Assembly (NCBI GenBank): GCA_042408215.1
Contig: JAYFMW010000028.1
Location: 128,001-192,000, forward strand
Direction of reading: 5' to 3'
DNA length: 64,000 nucleotides
Origin: Microcoleus sp.
GTDB lineage: Bacteria > Cyanobacteriota > Cyanobacteriia > Cyanobacteriales > Microcoleaceae
The translations under genes and the position numbers were made by a program. Of the stretch, positions 40,734 to 50,906 are shown piece by piece (positions within the stretch are counted from its first letter, which is position 1; every line of letters starts with the position of its first letter). Below the pieces are notes generated by a model. It made no database searches. It was not told where the DNA came from and was given only the letters and a program-made list of their open reading frames with translations.

Positions 40734-41862
40734 TTAATCTGGGGGATAGATCTGAAACATCCCGATTAGAGATTGACAACTAAATGCTGCGATGGTTTGT
40801 TCCCTCAACCAGTGGCGATCGCACCTTCTATCCTCTCCCTTCAGCATTTCGATACAAGCAACCGCTACTGCGCCTTGGTCTCGGTGAGGAACTCGCCACC
40901 CCAGTTTACCATCTTGCAGCGGATCGGCTGAACCGTCCGCGTCTCCCGCGAGTACGGGTACTCCACAAGCAAGTGCTTCCAAGTAAACTATACCAAATCC
41001 TTCTTGGGAAGGCATCACGTAAGCATCAGCAAGTCGGTAATGTTCGGCTAAATTTTCTGTCGGTACAAAACCCGCAAATATTACTCTTTCAGCAACTCCC
41101 AAATCTGCTGCAAGTTTGGCTAATCTCGATCGATCGTCTCCGCGTCCAATAACTAAGTATTTCACATTTGGGAAAGTTTTTGCTATTTGCGGCAAAGCTT
41201 TAATTGTGACATCGACACCTTTGTAAATATCAGTCGATCGCAATCTTGCCACAGTCATCAATATTTTAGCACCAATCAGATTGTATTGTGCCAATAAATC
41301 CTCCGATTTCGGACCGATAGTAAATATATTCTCATCGACTATACAAGGCACTATGTGGAACTTTATCGGGATTTAGTTGGTTACTTTCGCAACTGCTATC
41401 GCGCGTGTATCTGCTAATAGTCCAAATACTATCAGCTTGGCTCATGGCTATTTGATATTTGGGCGGAAGTGTTTCCCAAACTTCTTTTCCGTAAGTTAAA
41501 ATTGTGTAGGGAATTCCTAAAGGTTGGCACAAAGTTTGAATCAGCGGTGCGAGGTTGATGTGACCGCAGAAAACTCGTTCTGGTCGTTTTTGGACTAAGT
41601 GAATTAGTATTTTAGCTGCAAAATTAAGACGGCCCAACCAAACGGGATCAGTTTTGAGGTAAGAAAATTTGAGTTTTTTTGACTCGAAGGGATTTTGGCA
41701 GTCTGGAGAATCTCGCAATAGGAAAACTTCTGCTGTTGGCGGAGAGTTTGTCCCTGCGGTTAGTGACAGATAAGCTTTCAGGATGTCTTTAACGTAAGAT
41801 TGAATCCCGCCTTCGCTGGAAAAGATTTCTAGGAAGCAGAATAGGTAATTTGGCGATCGCAT
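40734..41862 (-). pseudogene. Glycosyltransferase family 4 split by a single-base frameshift
   Basis: N half GGIQSY...YGKEVW; C half YKGVD, EGFGIVYLEALACGVPV; halves join as DK-FHIVPCIVD if one base at 41362-41364 is removed. Confidence 0.85.
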
Positions 41863-41925
41863 CTTCTATTATTGCTATTTGTGCACAATTTCTCCATGCA
41901 GAGACTCGCCCCGCCTACCCGATCC

Positions 41926-42252
41926 TACAGCGTATTCCAGGTTTATGAAGTGTAGTAGGGACACGGCACCAGGCCCTTCTTCCTGTCAACTTAAGACTGA
42001 AACCCTTGATAAATATCGCTTTTAGCTAAGTCTAGATCCCCCTCGCATCCCCCTTAAGAAGGGAGTAGGGTGTGAGTAGGGGTTGACTTTGACTGCTCTT
42101 GTCCCCCCCTTCTTAAGGGGGGCTAGGGGGGATCTAAGCTTAATAGTTAAACAGCAGTCTGTGACAAGGTTTGACGTTAAGTTGACACCAATAGGCACAG
42201 CCCTGTCCCTACGGGCTCTGGGGTGTACTTCATAAACGTGGAATCTGCTGTA
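41926..42252. mobile_element. Nested palindromic element: outer TIR, REP arms, inner TGTCAACTTAA MITE
   Basis: TACAGCGTATTCCAGGTTTATGAAGT / ACTTCATAAACGTGGAATCTGCTGTA; GTAGGGACA / TGTCCCTAC; TGTCAACTTAA / TTAAGTTGACA. Confidence 0.8.
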
Positions 42253-42298
42253 TATACAATCGCTGTCAGAGCCCCGACTTCTGAAGCTGCTGCCAGAC

Positions 42299-42358
42299 AA
42301 AAAAAACCCGGCCATCGCTGGCTGGGGTAGAAAATTATCAGGGTGCATCTACTAATAT
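42299..42358 (-). ncRNA. Candidate ~60-nt small RNA
   Basis: Extended -10 TGcTATACT (42364-42372), GC hairpin plus T-tract terminator (42299-42327), no gene reading into it. Confidence 0.45.
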
Positions 42359-42383
42359 CTGCAAGTATAGCACAACTTTGTGG

Positions 42384-42408
42384 GGTGTCACCCCTCATGG
42401 GTGACACC
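42384..42408. promoter_or_regulatory. Perfect 10-bp inverted repeat, possible operator
   Basis: GGTGTCACCC-CTCAT-GGGTGACACC. Confidence 0.5.
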
Positions 42409-42523
42409 ACCCATAAATTTTAATGAGAATAAGTTATAATTAAGCTGGTCAATGATTAATAAAACTTGTATGTTCGATAGTTTTGTTCCTGCTAATTTAA
42501 GATCTAAGATTTAGAATAAATCA

Positions 42524-43804
42524 GTGCTAGACCTCAAATTAATCCGAGAAAATCCCCAAGCCGTACAAGAAAGCCTCAACACTCGCGGAGGCAACTATGA
42601 AATCGAGCCGATTTTGCAACTAGACAGACAGCAACGAGAGTTGGAAGGGAAGCGATCGCAACTGCAAGCCCGCAGCAACGAAATTGCCAAACTCATCGGC
42701 CAAAAAAGAAAATCGGGTTTACCCCTCGAATCTCCCGAAGTTCAGGCATTGCAAGCAGAAGGCAATCAAGTCGGAACCGAGTCGAACGAATTACAAGCAC
42801 AAGAAAAAGACCTAAAAGCTCAAATAGAAGCCTTATTATTGCCCCTGCCTAACTTGCCCAGCTCGTCAAGCCCGATCGGCAAAAATGAAGACGAAAACAT
42901 CGAAATACGGCGCTGGGGAGACGAATACATTCCCCAAAATTCCGGTATTTTGCCCCACTGGGAAATCGGCGAAAAATTAGGAATTCTCAACTTTGAACGC
43001 GCTGTAAAAATTGCCCAACCCCGCTTTGTCAGCTTAATTGGAGCCGGTGCAGCCCTGGAAAGAGCGATTATTCAATTCATGCTCGATCGCCACACAAAAG
43101 CAGGTTATGTAGAAGTAATTCCCCCACTTTTAGTCAACACCGAATCTCTCACAGCCACAGGTCAATTGCCAAAATTTGCCGAAGAAAGTTTTAAATGCGA
43201 CCAAGACGATTTGTGGCTAATTCCTACGGCTGAAGTTCCGGTAGTCAATCTTTATCGAGGTGAAATATTGACAGCAGAACAGTTGCCAATTTATCACTGT
43301 TCTTACACTCCTTGTTTTCGGCGGGAAGCCGGCAGTTACGGCAAAGATACAAGGGGATTAATTCGATTGCACCAATTTAATAAAGTCGAATTGGTAAAAC
43401 TCGTGCATCCGAGTACCTCCGCAGCAGAGCACGAAAAGTTGGTGCAGGATGCCGAAGGAGTCTTGCAGGCGCTGAAATTGCCTTATCGGGCGATCGAACT
43501 GTGCACCGGCGACTTAGGTTTCGCGGCGGCAAAAACCTACGATTTAGAGGTGTGGCTACCTTCAGCAGGCAAATACCGCGAGATTTCGAGTTGTTCCAAC
43601 GTCTCAGATTTTCAGGCGCGGCGAGCTAATATTCGCTTTAAAGAAGCGGGTAAAAAAGGCACTCAATTCGTTCACGCGCTGAACGGTTCCGGTTTAGCTG
43701 TGGGCCGCACAATGGCCGCAATTTTGGAGAATTATCAGCAGCCAGACGGGACTTTAAAAGTGCCGGAAGCCTTACAACCATATTTGGGACGGGAAGTTTT
43801 ATAG
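42524..43804 (+). CDS. serS: Serine--tRNA ligase
   Basis: [60 protein letters not shown]. Confidence 0.98.
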   Translation: MLDLKLIRENPQAVQESLNTRGGNYEIEPILQLDRQQRELEGKRSQLQARSNEIAKLIGQKRKSGLPLESPEVQALQAEGNQVGTESNELQAQEKDLKAQIEALLLPLPNLPSSSSPIGKNEDENIEIRRWGDEYIPQNSGILPHWEIGEKLGILNFERAVKIAQPRFVSLIGAGAALERAIIQFMLDRHTKAGYVEVIPPLLVNTESLTATGQLPKFAEESFKCDQDDLWLIPTAEVPVVNLYRGEILTAEQLPIYHCSYTPCFRREAGSYGKDTRGLIRLHQFNKVELVKLVHPSTSAAEHEKLVQDAEGVLQALKLPYRAIELCTGDLGFAAAKTYDLEVWLPSAGKYREISSCSNVSDFQARRANIRFKEAGKKGTQFVHALNGSGLAVGRTMAAILENYQQPDGTLKVPEALQPYLGREVL

Positions 43805-43818
43805 GCTCGTTTGTAGAT

Positions 43819-43944
43819 GATATCAAGTCCCCTTGAATAGTTGTCCCAAGTGAGTGTAGCGAAGCATCTCGCCCGATACTTCGCTACAGGTTGCACTCAG
43901 CATGACAGAGCGGTTTTTATGTAAGTGATTAACCGGACATGATA
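43819..43944. mobile_element. MITE-like element with ATATCAAGTCC / GGACATGATAT ends
   Basis: Imperfect TIRs; internal GTAGCGAAG...CTTCGCTAC hairpin. Confidence 0.55.
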
Positions 43945-44056
43945 TGATTCAGCGATTGAAATCGCTACTACAAAAACGAAGTCCACTCAAGGGCGGACTA
44001 AGAAGTAATGCCATTACATCCGTTACATCCGTTACATCCGTTGCCGAACTTCCTTC

Positions 44057-45073
44057 TTACAATTTCAGCAATGCTTCTTTGATATTTAATGCTAAAAATC
44101 TATCCAATGGTAGATACATCCAGTAAATAGATAATTGACGATCGCTGTGAGTCTTATGAAACCCCAAAGCCAGGGCCTGTTTTTCGTAACCGGGGTGAAT
44201 CATCAGCGTGTACAAGTCGCAAAGATTGGGAAAATCTGTTTGCATTTCGACTAAAACTTTTTGTGCGTCTTCGAGGAAATCAATTCGGTATTCTGACAAA
44301 TACTGCGGCTCTATCATCCAACTGCGGATAAATACTGACTGGCAATTTAGATCTCCTGGTAGCGCCATATTGAAAGGATCGATATCGGAAATAGAACTTA
44401 AATGAAGGCTTTTGCTAGGCTCACTAAAAAAATTAACTTCCGATGAGGTAGCGGTGGGATAAAGTAAGTAAAACCCGACGGGATTGAGATTATCGCAGCG
44501 GCGCAAAACTCGCATTCCCTTTGAGTATTGACTAGCCAAAATCCGGAGGATTTTAGCAATTTTGTAGGTAACGGCGTTAGTGTTGCGGTTCATCCAGTTG
44601 TAATTGGTGGCTAATAAATTTGCCACGGTAATTGCGTCGCACCGAGGATTAAAATTATCTAATTGGAGTTGTACAGGCTTTTGAGGTTTGGCGGGATCTA
44701 AAATTTCCGGGATCGGTTGAATTTCAATTGCAGTAGTGTTACCGTCAAAGTGTTTTTTAATTAATCCCAGGGCTTCTAATTTATCTAACATCATTCCCGC
44801 CGCCCGATCGCTCCCTCGCTCGGAATCGCAGTAAAATAGTTCTCCGGCTTCCCGGTGGGTACACTGAACTTCTGTTTCTAGCAATTCCAGTTTCGCCAGT
44901 GGCGGTTTGATTCGGGGCTGGCTTTCCTGAAGCTGTTTCACCAATAAGTAAATCCACAGCCGTACAAAGCATTCAGCCCTAGTGCGAGTTACACCTACTC
45001 GTTTCATCAACAGCGAGACAGCCGTGCGTCGTTGAGATTGAGAATACCAAGCATTTAGTTGTGCAAAATCCAT
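44057..45073 (-). CDS. Hypothetical protein (possible winged-helix N-terminus, GNAT-like C-terminus)
   Basis: CTHREAGELFY...DRAAGMMLDKLEALGLIKK; PVGFYLLYP, VFIRSWMI, ALALGF. Confidence 0.7.
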   Translation of the reverse strand: MDFAQLNAWYSQSQRRTAVSLLMKRVGVTRTRAECFVRLWIYLLVKQLQESQPRIKPPLAKLELLETEVQCTHREAGELFYCDSERGSDRAAGMMLDKLEALGLIKKHFDGNTTAIEIQPIPEILDPAKPQKPVQLQLDNFNPRCDAITVANLLATNYNWMNRNTNAVTYKIAKILRILASQYSKGMRVLRRCDNLNPVGFYLLYPTATSSEVNFFSEPSKSLHLSSISDIDPFNMALPGDLNCQSVFIRSWMIEPQYLSEYRIDFLEDAQKVLVEMQTDFPNLCDLYTLMIHPGYEKQALALGFHKTHSDRQLSIYWMYLPLDRFLALNIKEALLKL

Positions 45074-45618
45074 TTTAGTCGGGAAGCAGTGAAGGAACTC
45101 TACTTACATATTGGCTCAATTTCCGAAAAAACTTCACCCTGATTCAGGTTACTTGCGCTCGCTTTTGCTCGCTTTTGCTCAACTTACGTGATTTCGACAA
45201 GCTTTGAAATATAGCTGTTACTCCTGGCAATTTCACTGCTTCCCAAAGCAAAATCAGTTCGATCGTTACCTGGATTTTCCAGCACATTACACGGAGAACT
45301 TTCCGAATTATCTTCCCTAGAAATAGTTTCAACTCAAGGAGTTTGCAGTGCCGGAGTTTCTGCTTTAAATTACGCCGCCTCTCAACTCGAACTCGGCAAA
45401 AAAAAACAGCCCGTAGCTTCCGATTTTACCTCGCGCCTATTAAAAAGTACCATTTTTGAAACAGAGACTTCAGTGCGATCGGGAAAAACCATGCCTTTCG
45501 ATACAGAATTCTTGCGTTGGATGCTATCAAATTGCAGCGGAGCATTTTTGCGACAAAATCATCCCAATTCCACAGGAATTAGTTGAAAAATATAGCTTTT
45601 CTCAGTAACATGAGGTGC

Positions 45619-45863
45619 TATAGGGCATAGGGCATAGGGCATAGGGCATACCTCACTTTCTTGAGAACCGCTATAGAATGATTGAACTCGTTGATCGCGC
45701 CAACATCCAGTTTGTATGTATTCAGGATTTCCAAATTAAAATAGCACCAAAAGCTGGCTGGATTCCGACTACTACGAATTACGAATTCCCAATGACCAAT
45801 GACCAATTACCAATGACCAATGACCAATTCCCAATGACCAATTCCCAATGACCAATTCCCAAT
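45619..45863. repeat. STRR heptamer tracts (GGGCATA; CCAATGA/CCAATTC)
   Basis: Direct inspection. Confidence 0.8.
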
Positions 45864-46000
45864 TAAGCTGCTGCTATCTGTGGGTATTCCGCTGAGGTCG
45901 GCAAATTCTGATGCACAACAATCCACTGGCCTGTAATCGGGTCGCGGTAAGTAATAAACGGATTAGATTTTAAGGGTTTACTGCAAGGTTTGACTACCAT
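45863..46000 (-). CDS. Small protein, 45 aa (not in ORF track)
   Basis: [45 protein letters not shown]; stop followed directly by an STRR tract. Confidence 0.6.
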   Translation of the reverse strand: MVVKPCSKPLKSNPFITYRDPITGQWIVVHQNLPTSAEYPQIAAA

Positions 46001-46319
46001 GTCCACACACTCTCAATAACTTATCTTCAATAACTACTACAACACCATATCTTTAATAATCGCCTAATTCTTCTGAAATCAGCGTGATTTTTTACTCAAC
46101 TAAATGTGATATTTTCTGTTTTTTTATGTGACGCATAGCACTGGTAAATGGTGATTTTAAACTGCCTTTATAGTGAGCGGGATCACTATAAAGCAGCCAC
46201 TCAAAAATTCTACCTTCTGCCTTCTGCCTTCTACATTCTTGATTCCCACTATTTTAACTGTACATCTGATATTATTAAGTAAGGTAAAGACGTTTATCAG
46301 AGATCGCCCTCACAAACCT

Positions 46320-46973
46320 ATGGTGCTATTTGGATTTGGCAAAAAGTCGAGCCTGCCCTCTGCCCAAGACGCATTGCCGGGACGAGCAGAGTCTATGTCG
46401 GTACCGGCAAATCACTTTGTTAACCGCCACCCGCTCAAACCTCCTTTTCCAACCGGTATGGAGACTGCTATGTTTGGCTTGGGCTGTTTTTGGGGAGCAG
46501 AACGCAAATTTTGGCAGCAAAATGGAGTTTTTTCGACGGCAGTTGGTTACGCGGCTGGGATTACTCCAAATCCTACTTACAACGAGGTTTGCAGTGGGAT
46601 GACGGGACATAATGAAGTAGTTCTGGTTGTCTTCGATCCGAAGGTAATTAGTTACGAAACGCTCCTAAAAGTTTTTTGGGAAAGTCACAATCCGACTCAA
46701 GGAATGCGTCAGGGAAATGATTCTGGTACTCAGTATCGATCGGGAATTTACACCTATTCAGCTAGCCAAATGCAGCTAGCTGAAGCATCGCGGGACGCCT
46801 ACCAGCCAGCTCTGACAGCAGCAGGTTACGGCAAAATTACTACTGAGATTATTGAGGCTCCTGAGTTTTATTACGCAGAAAGCTATCATCAGCAGTATCT
46901 TGCTAAAAACCCTAACGGCTATTGCGGTTTGGGCGGTACAAAGGTTTGCTTGCCTGCAATGTCTCAAGCTTAA
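46320..46973 (+). CDS. msrA: Peptide-methionine (S)-S-oxide reductase
   Basis: [35 protein letters not shown]; start ATG 46320. Confidence 0.97.
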   Translation: MVLFGFGKKSSLPSAQDALPGRAESMSVPANHFVNRHPLKPPFPTGMETAMFGLGCFWGAERKFWQQNGVFSTAVGYAAGITPNPTYNEVCSGMTGHNEVVLVVFDPKVISYETLLKVFWESHNPTQGMRQGNDSGTQYRSGIYTYSASQMQLAEASRDAYQPALTAAGYGKITTEIIEAPEFYYAESYHQQYLAKNPNGYCGLGGTKVCLPAMSQA

Positions 46974-47108
46974 ATTTTTTAAGCTGAGATTTGGGAGGAT
47001 TTTTATCAACAGGCAAGATGCCTGTTCCACAATCTATAAAAATTATTGTGGGGCGGGTATTTTGCCAGCCACAGAAAGGCAAATAGGCTAGTTAAAGACA
47101 GGTAAAAA

Positions 47109-47414
47109 ATGCTGGCTGCTGTTGTAATTATCAATGTATTAATATCTCTGGTTTGCTTTTACATAGCTGGGAAATTGTGGCTTCTGCGGCGGACGATCGC
47201 ACTTTTTGAAGCGAGAATCACCGCAATGAATCGCTGTACCAGCTATGTCCTCGGCAAATCGCCCAATTTTTTTGCGAACAAGCAGCAACTTGCTCACCAG
47301 TTGCGGCGGGATTATCAACAACTAGAATTGCAACTGCAACAAGTTCAGCAACTGTTGGGATTGCTGGGTTTGGGACGGATGCTGTGGCTGCGGCGCGATC
47401 GCCCTTTGAGGTAA
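47109..47414 (+). CDS. Hypothetical membrane-anchored protein
   Basis: N-terminal TM helix, coiled-coil C-terminus. Confidence 0.65.
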   Translation: MLAAVVIINVLISLVCFYIAGKLWLLRRTIALFEARITAMNRCTSYVLGKSPNFFANKQQLAHQLRRDYQQLELQLQQVQQLLGLLGLGRMLWLRRDRPLR

Positions 47415-47568
47415 TAAGTTGTTGAGCATCAAAATTTCAGGTTTCGGGCGGGCTCTCCAGCCCACTCCATCAGAATTTGAAGCAATCAGAAAGCATATTT
47501 CTAGTTGTGGAAGTCGCTGCGATCGGGCAAACGCACCTAAAATTGGTTGAGGGAGAGAAACGATCACA

Positions 47569-47910
47569 ATGTCAACTAAACGTTCAGGATTATTTATTGG
47601 CGGCTTGTTGGTGGGTTCTGCCATCGGGGCCGTGACGGGCTTGCTGATGGCACCCAGAACCGGCAAGGAGACGCGGCGGATTTTGAAAAAATCGGCCGAT
47701 GCTTTGCCGGAGTTAGCCGAAGATTTATCGACTAGCGTCCAATTGCAAGCCGATCGACTTTCTGAATCTGCACTGCGAAATTGGGACGAAACTTTGATGA
47801 GATTGAAGGAGGCGATCGCAGCCGGCTTGGAAGCCACTCAGCGGGAACGCCAAACCCTGTCGGAAACTGAAGCCGAAGAGACTTCCCCGTCGCGCCCGGA
47901 TCTCCGCTAA
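47569..47910 (+). CDS. YtxH domain protein
   Basis: FIGGLLVGSAIGAVTGLLMAPRTGKETR. Confidence 0.9.
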   Translation: MSTKRSGLFIGGLLVGSAIGAVTGLLMAPRTGKETRRILKKSADALPELAEDLSTSVQLQADRLSESALRNWDETLMRLKEAIAAGLEATQRERQTLSETEAEETSPSRPDLR

Positions 47911-47994
47911 CTCAACAACTGTCACCCATCACTCATTGCTGTTCGGGATGGGCACTCCGATCCCATCCCACAATCATTTCATCGCACATTGACT

Positions 47995-48163
47995 TTGACA
48001 TACTCCTCTGGCTAAAGCCTAGAGGATTCTAGGGTCAAACAGCGATCGCAGGCGCAGCCCGTCTTACATCACCTAACCTAACGGTCGATGCCCCGACAAC
48101 GTATGATTTATACCATAGCTTCTTATGCCCTAAAGGGCAAGGCTTTAAACCCATTATTTTTTG
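47995..48163 (-). mobile_element. Non-autonomous IS200/IS605-family element (PATE) retaining both ends and the tnpB 3' tip
   Basis: Minus strand: TTAC|...AAAG-hairpin TGCCCTTTAGGGCA...GASTVRLGDVRRAAPAIAV*...GAAT-hairpin CCTCTAGGCTTTAGCCAGAGG...TCAA. Confidence 0.82.
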
Positions 48164-48217
48164 GTAAAATTAGATGCACAGCATTTAGAAATCCCAAACC
48201 CCAAATCCGAGATTCAA

Positions 48218-48748
48218 GTGAGCGATCCCCTATTTTGGCTAGGACTTTCGATTTTGCTAGTCGCAGTTAGCTTAACTGCTGTTTTAGTGACTCTGATACC
48301 TGCGGTGCAAGCATTGACGCGGGCGGCGCGCAGCGTGGAAAAGCTAGCTGACACCCTTTGTCGCGATTTTCCGCCCACTTTGGAGGCGATTCGGTTGACG
48401 GGGCTGGAAATTAGCGAATTAACGGATGATGTCAACTCCGGCGTGCAAAGTGCGGGGGATGTTGTTAAACAAGTCGATCGCAGCATTGGTAGTGCGAAAA
48501 AGCAAGCGCAAAACGTGCAAGTTACAACTCGTAGTGTGGTGACTGGGATTAAGGCTGCTTGGAAAACTTTAACTCGAAAACCGCCGATTTCTGGGAGGAG
48601 TCGATCGGGCGATCGATTGTCGCCTAGTCAAAGAAGTGGGATTTCGATCGGGGATTCCGATTACGCTTCGAGGAGTAATGGGGAATCGGGGCGGCAAAGG
48701 AATAGCGAGGGTTCTAGTTTGTCGGGGGATGCTGAGGATTTTGGGTGA
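48218..48748 (+). CDS. DUF948-like membrane-anchored coiled-coil protein
   Basis: DPLFWLGLSILLVAVSLTAVL, RAARSVEKLADTL, PPTLEAIRLTGLEI; GTG 48218 start. Confidence 0.8.
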   Translation: MSDPLFWLGLSILLVAVSLTAVLVTLIPAVQALTRAARSVEKLADTLCRDFPPTLEAIRLTGLEISELTDDVNSGVQSAGDVVKQVDRSIGSAKKQAQNVQVTTRSVVTGIKAAWKTLTRKPPISGRSRSGDRLSPSQRSGISIGDSDYASRSNGESGRQRNSEGSSLSGDAEDFG

Positions 48749-48842
48749 GGATTTTGATTGAGTGCGATCGAAAGATTCTTGATTCCACCAAATTCCTCGA
48801 ATAAGTAATTATACCAAATCCGGCTTCAATAACGATTGGGTC

Positions 48843-49101
48843 GAAGGGACACGGGGCCCCGTGCCCATTAGTGTCAACTTAACGTCAAACCCAGTTACTG
48901 CTGTTTGACCATTAAACTTAGATCCCCCCGTCTTCTTGCCCCCTACTCAACCCCTACTCCCCTTCTTAAGGGGGGGACAAGAGTCTTCTCAAAGTCCCCC
49001 TTCTTAAGGGGGATTTAGGGGGATCTGGACTCGAATAAAAGCGATATTCCTCATGGGTTTTAGGCTTAAGTTGACACCAATGGGAACTGCCTTGTCCATA
49101 C
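48843..49101. mobile_element. TGTCAACTTAA MITE copy within REP arms
   Basis: CCCATTAGTGTCAACTTAA / TTAAGTTGACACCAATGGG; internal CCCCCTTCTTAAGGGGG palindromes. Confidence 0.8.
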
Positions 49102-49127
49102 TGTATAAGCCTTCTTCCTTCTTCCTT

Positions 49128-50906
49128 CTACTTAGCACAGCCCTCCCACCAGCAAGGATTCTTATCCATAAAATCCATCAAAGCATTATACTTAGGCGAA
49201 CCCTTTTGATCCACATACTCCAAAGCCCCCCAACTTCCCCACTTAGTAGATACACCCACATCCACAAAGTGCATGAAGAGACTACCTCCAGCCTGTTTCC
49301 AACTATTCAGTAATTGCGTGTAGAGATCGTACATTTCTGGACGCCTATTTAATTCCATAAAAAACTTGGTCAGTTTTTCGTTATTCTCAACTCCCTCAAT
49401 ACCTACAATATGTTGACCACCCTCATAAACAAATAACTTGAGACCTTTTTTTTGAACAACATCTAAGTAATATCTAAAGTCATTCTCCACATCGGGCAAA
49501 CTATCTTTGAAACCACCCAGTAAGCCGCCCTCTTTCAATTGCTTAAAAGCCTTACCAAACCCGCCATCGGCATCATTCAACCAAGACTCTACTGTGCTGA
49601 CACTTTCTTTCCCGCCCAAGTTACCACTAAAATATCCCGCTACAGCTAGGGCATCAATGCCGTGTTGATAACAAGGTTTATTGCCCTCAGCTACCCAATA
49701 GGAACACTCTAAAGCATAAGTTTCTAAGTCTCTCCAGGCTCTTTGAGTTCCTAACACGCAGACAACTCGATGCTTTTGATCCCCAAAAACCCCTTTCCAG
49801 ATATCGCACATTTGAGCACTACGCATTCCGTGCCATTGCATAAAAGCGTCCCCTTTATCTCCCCATTTCGCTTTACCTTGTTTCAAAGCATAATGGGATT
49901 GGGGAAAAGACCAATTCCAAACTTCATTAGAATATTCTACATAAACTTTCAGCTTGGGCTCTAAACTATCTTTTACCATTTTAGCAAAGTTAGTCATATA
50001 TTCATCCGTAGCCTGATGCGGCATATTAAACCAGGGTTCTGCTTGGACTTTATTAGCTAAAGTCACCATAATTTCTAGGGGAACATTTCCTCTGTAAGCA
50101 TAGGATACACTCTCTGGTTTAGGTCGGTTTGACCAGGCTTTTTGTTCAGAACCATTTGTGCCCATCCAGTCCATAAAACGCAAAGATCTAAATTTCTTAA
50201 TCTTTTCGATAAACAGTGGATTAAAAATTTCACCGCTTTGATAAAGCTGTTGATCTTGGGAGCGAATTACTCTAATATTGCGGATATAGTTCCCTGTTTT
50301 CTGAGGATCGGTAGCAGTAATTGTGAGCATTATGCCTCCGCCTTGTGTGGCATCCACATTGATGATATCCCTTCCGGGTTTGGACGCAGCTTCATCTTTT
50401 TTGGCATCATATTTATATTCGATCGCACCTTCACCGTCATAAGTAACAATATATTGCCCGGAAGGATAGCGATTGGGGATTTCCCGAAGTAATAGGGTAC
50501 TTACCCTAGTATATTTAGGAGGTTCTTCGGGAGATGGGAGAGACTTTACCCACCCATTTTCATCAAGATTTAAAAGATTATATTCTTCTGTATCCCATTC
50601 ACCTTTACAGTTGGGTTGTCCGCTGACGCATTGAGCGATCCATTTTCTAGAAGATTTGAAAGCATCTAAAAAGGGTAATTGTGTTGAGTAGTCGGCAATA
50701 CCGCTCAGTCCAATTCCTAGAGAAGAGTGAGAATTTGATGTATTTTTTACTTCTGCACGCACAGCTACTTTGCGATCTGCTTGCGGAGTTGTTGGAGAAA
50801 TCTTAGTTGTTAAAGCCCAACATCCGGGAATGAAAATGACAAAGATTAATAAACCTAGGAGAAAGCCAATAAGTTGATTTTTCTGTAGCATTTTTAAGGG
50901 AGACAT
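49128..50906 (-). CDS. Secreted carbohydrate-active/cellulose-binding-type protein (putative glycoside hydrolase)
   Basis: Signal/TM segment; LRFMDWM, PWFNMPH, VYVEYSNEVWN, VYEGGQH, WGSWG. Confidence 0.7.
   Translation of the reverse strand: MSPLKMLQKNQLIGFLLGLLIFVIFIPGCWALTTKISPTTPQADRKVAVRAEVKNTSNSHSSLGIGLSGIADYSTQLPFLDAFKSSRKWIAQCVSGQPNCKGEWDTEEYNLLNLDENGWVKSLPSPEEPPKYTRVSTLLLREIPNRYPSGQYIVTYDGEGAIEYKYDAKKDEAASKPGRDIINVDATQGGGIMLTITATDPQKTGNYIRNIRVIRSQDQQLYQSGEIFNPLFIEKIKKFRSLRFMDWMGTNGSEQKAWSNRPKPESVSYAYRGNVPLEIMVTLANKVQAEPWFNMPHQATDEYMTNFAKMVKDSLEPKLKVYVEYSNEVWNWSFPQSHYALKQGKAKWGDKGDAFMQWHGMRSAQMCDIWKGVFGDQKHRVVCVLGTQRAWRDLETYALECSYWVAEGNKPCYQHGIDALAVAGYFSGNLGGKESVSTVESWLNDADGGFGKAFKQLKEGGLLGGFKDSLPDVENDFRYYLDVVQKKGLKLFVYEGGQHIVGIEGVENNEKLTKFFMELNRRPEMYDLYTQLLNSWKQAGGSLFMHFVDVGVSTKWGSWGALEYVDQKGSPKYNALMDFMDKNPCWWEGCAK

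Noticed and set aside
42022..42410. ORFs overlapping MITEs (also 49053..49313 and 61946..62134)
   Set aside because: Repeat-derived translations such as SPLAPLKKGG.
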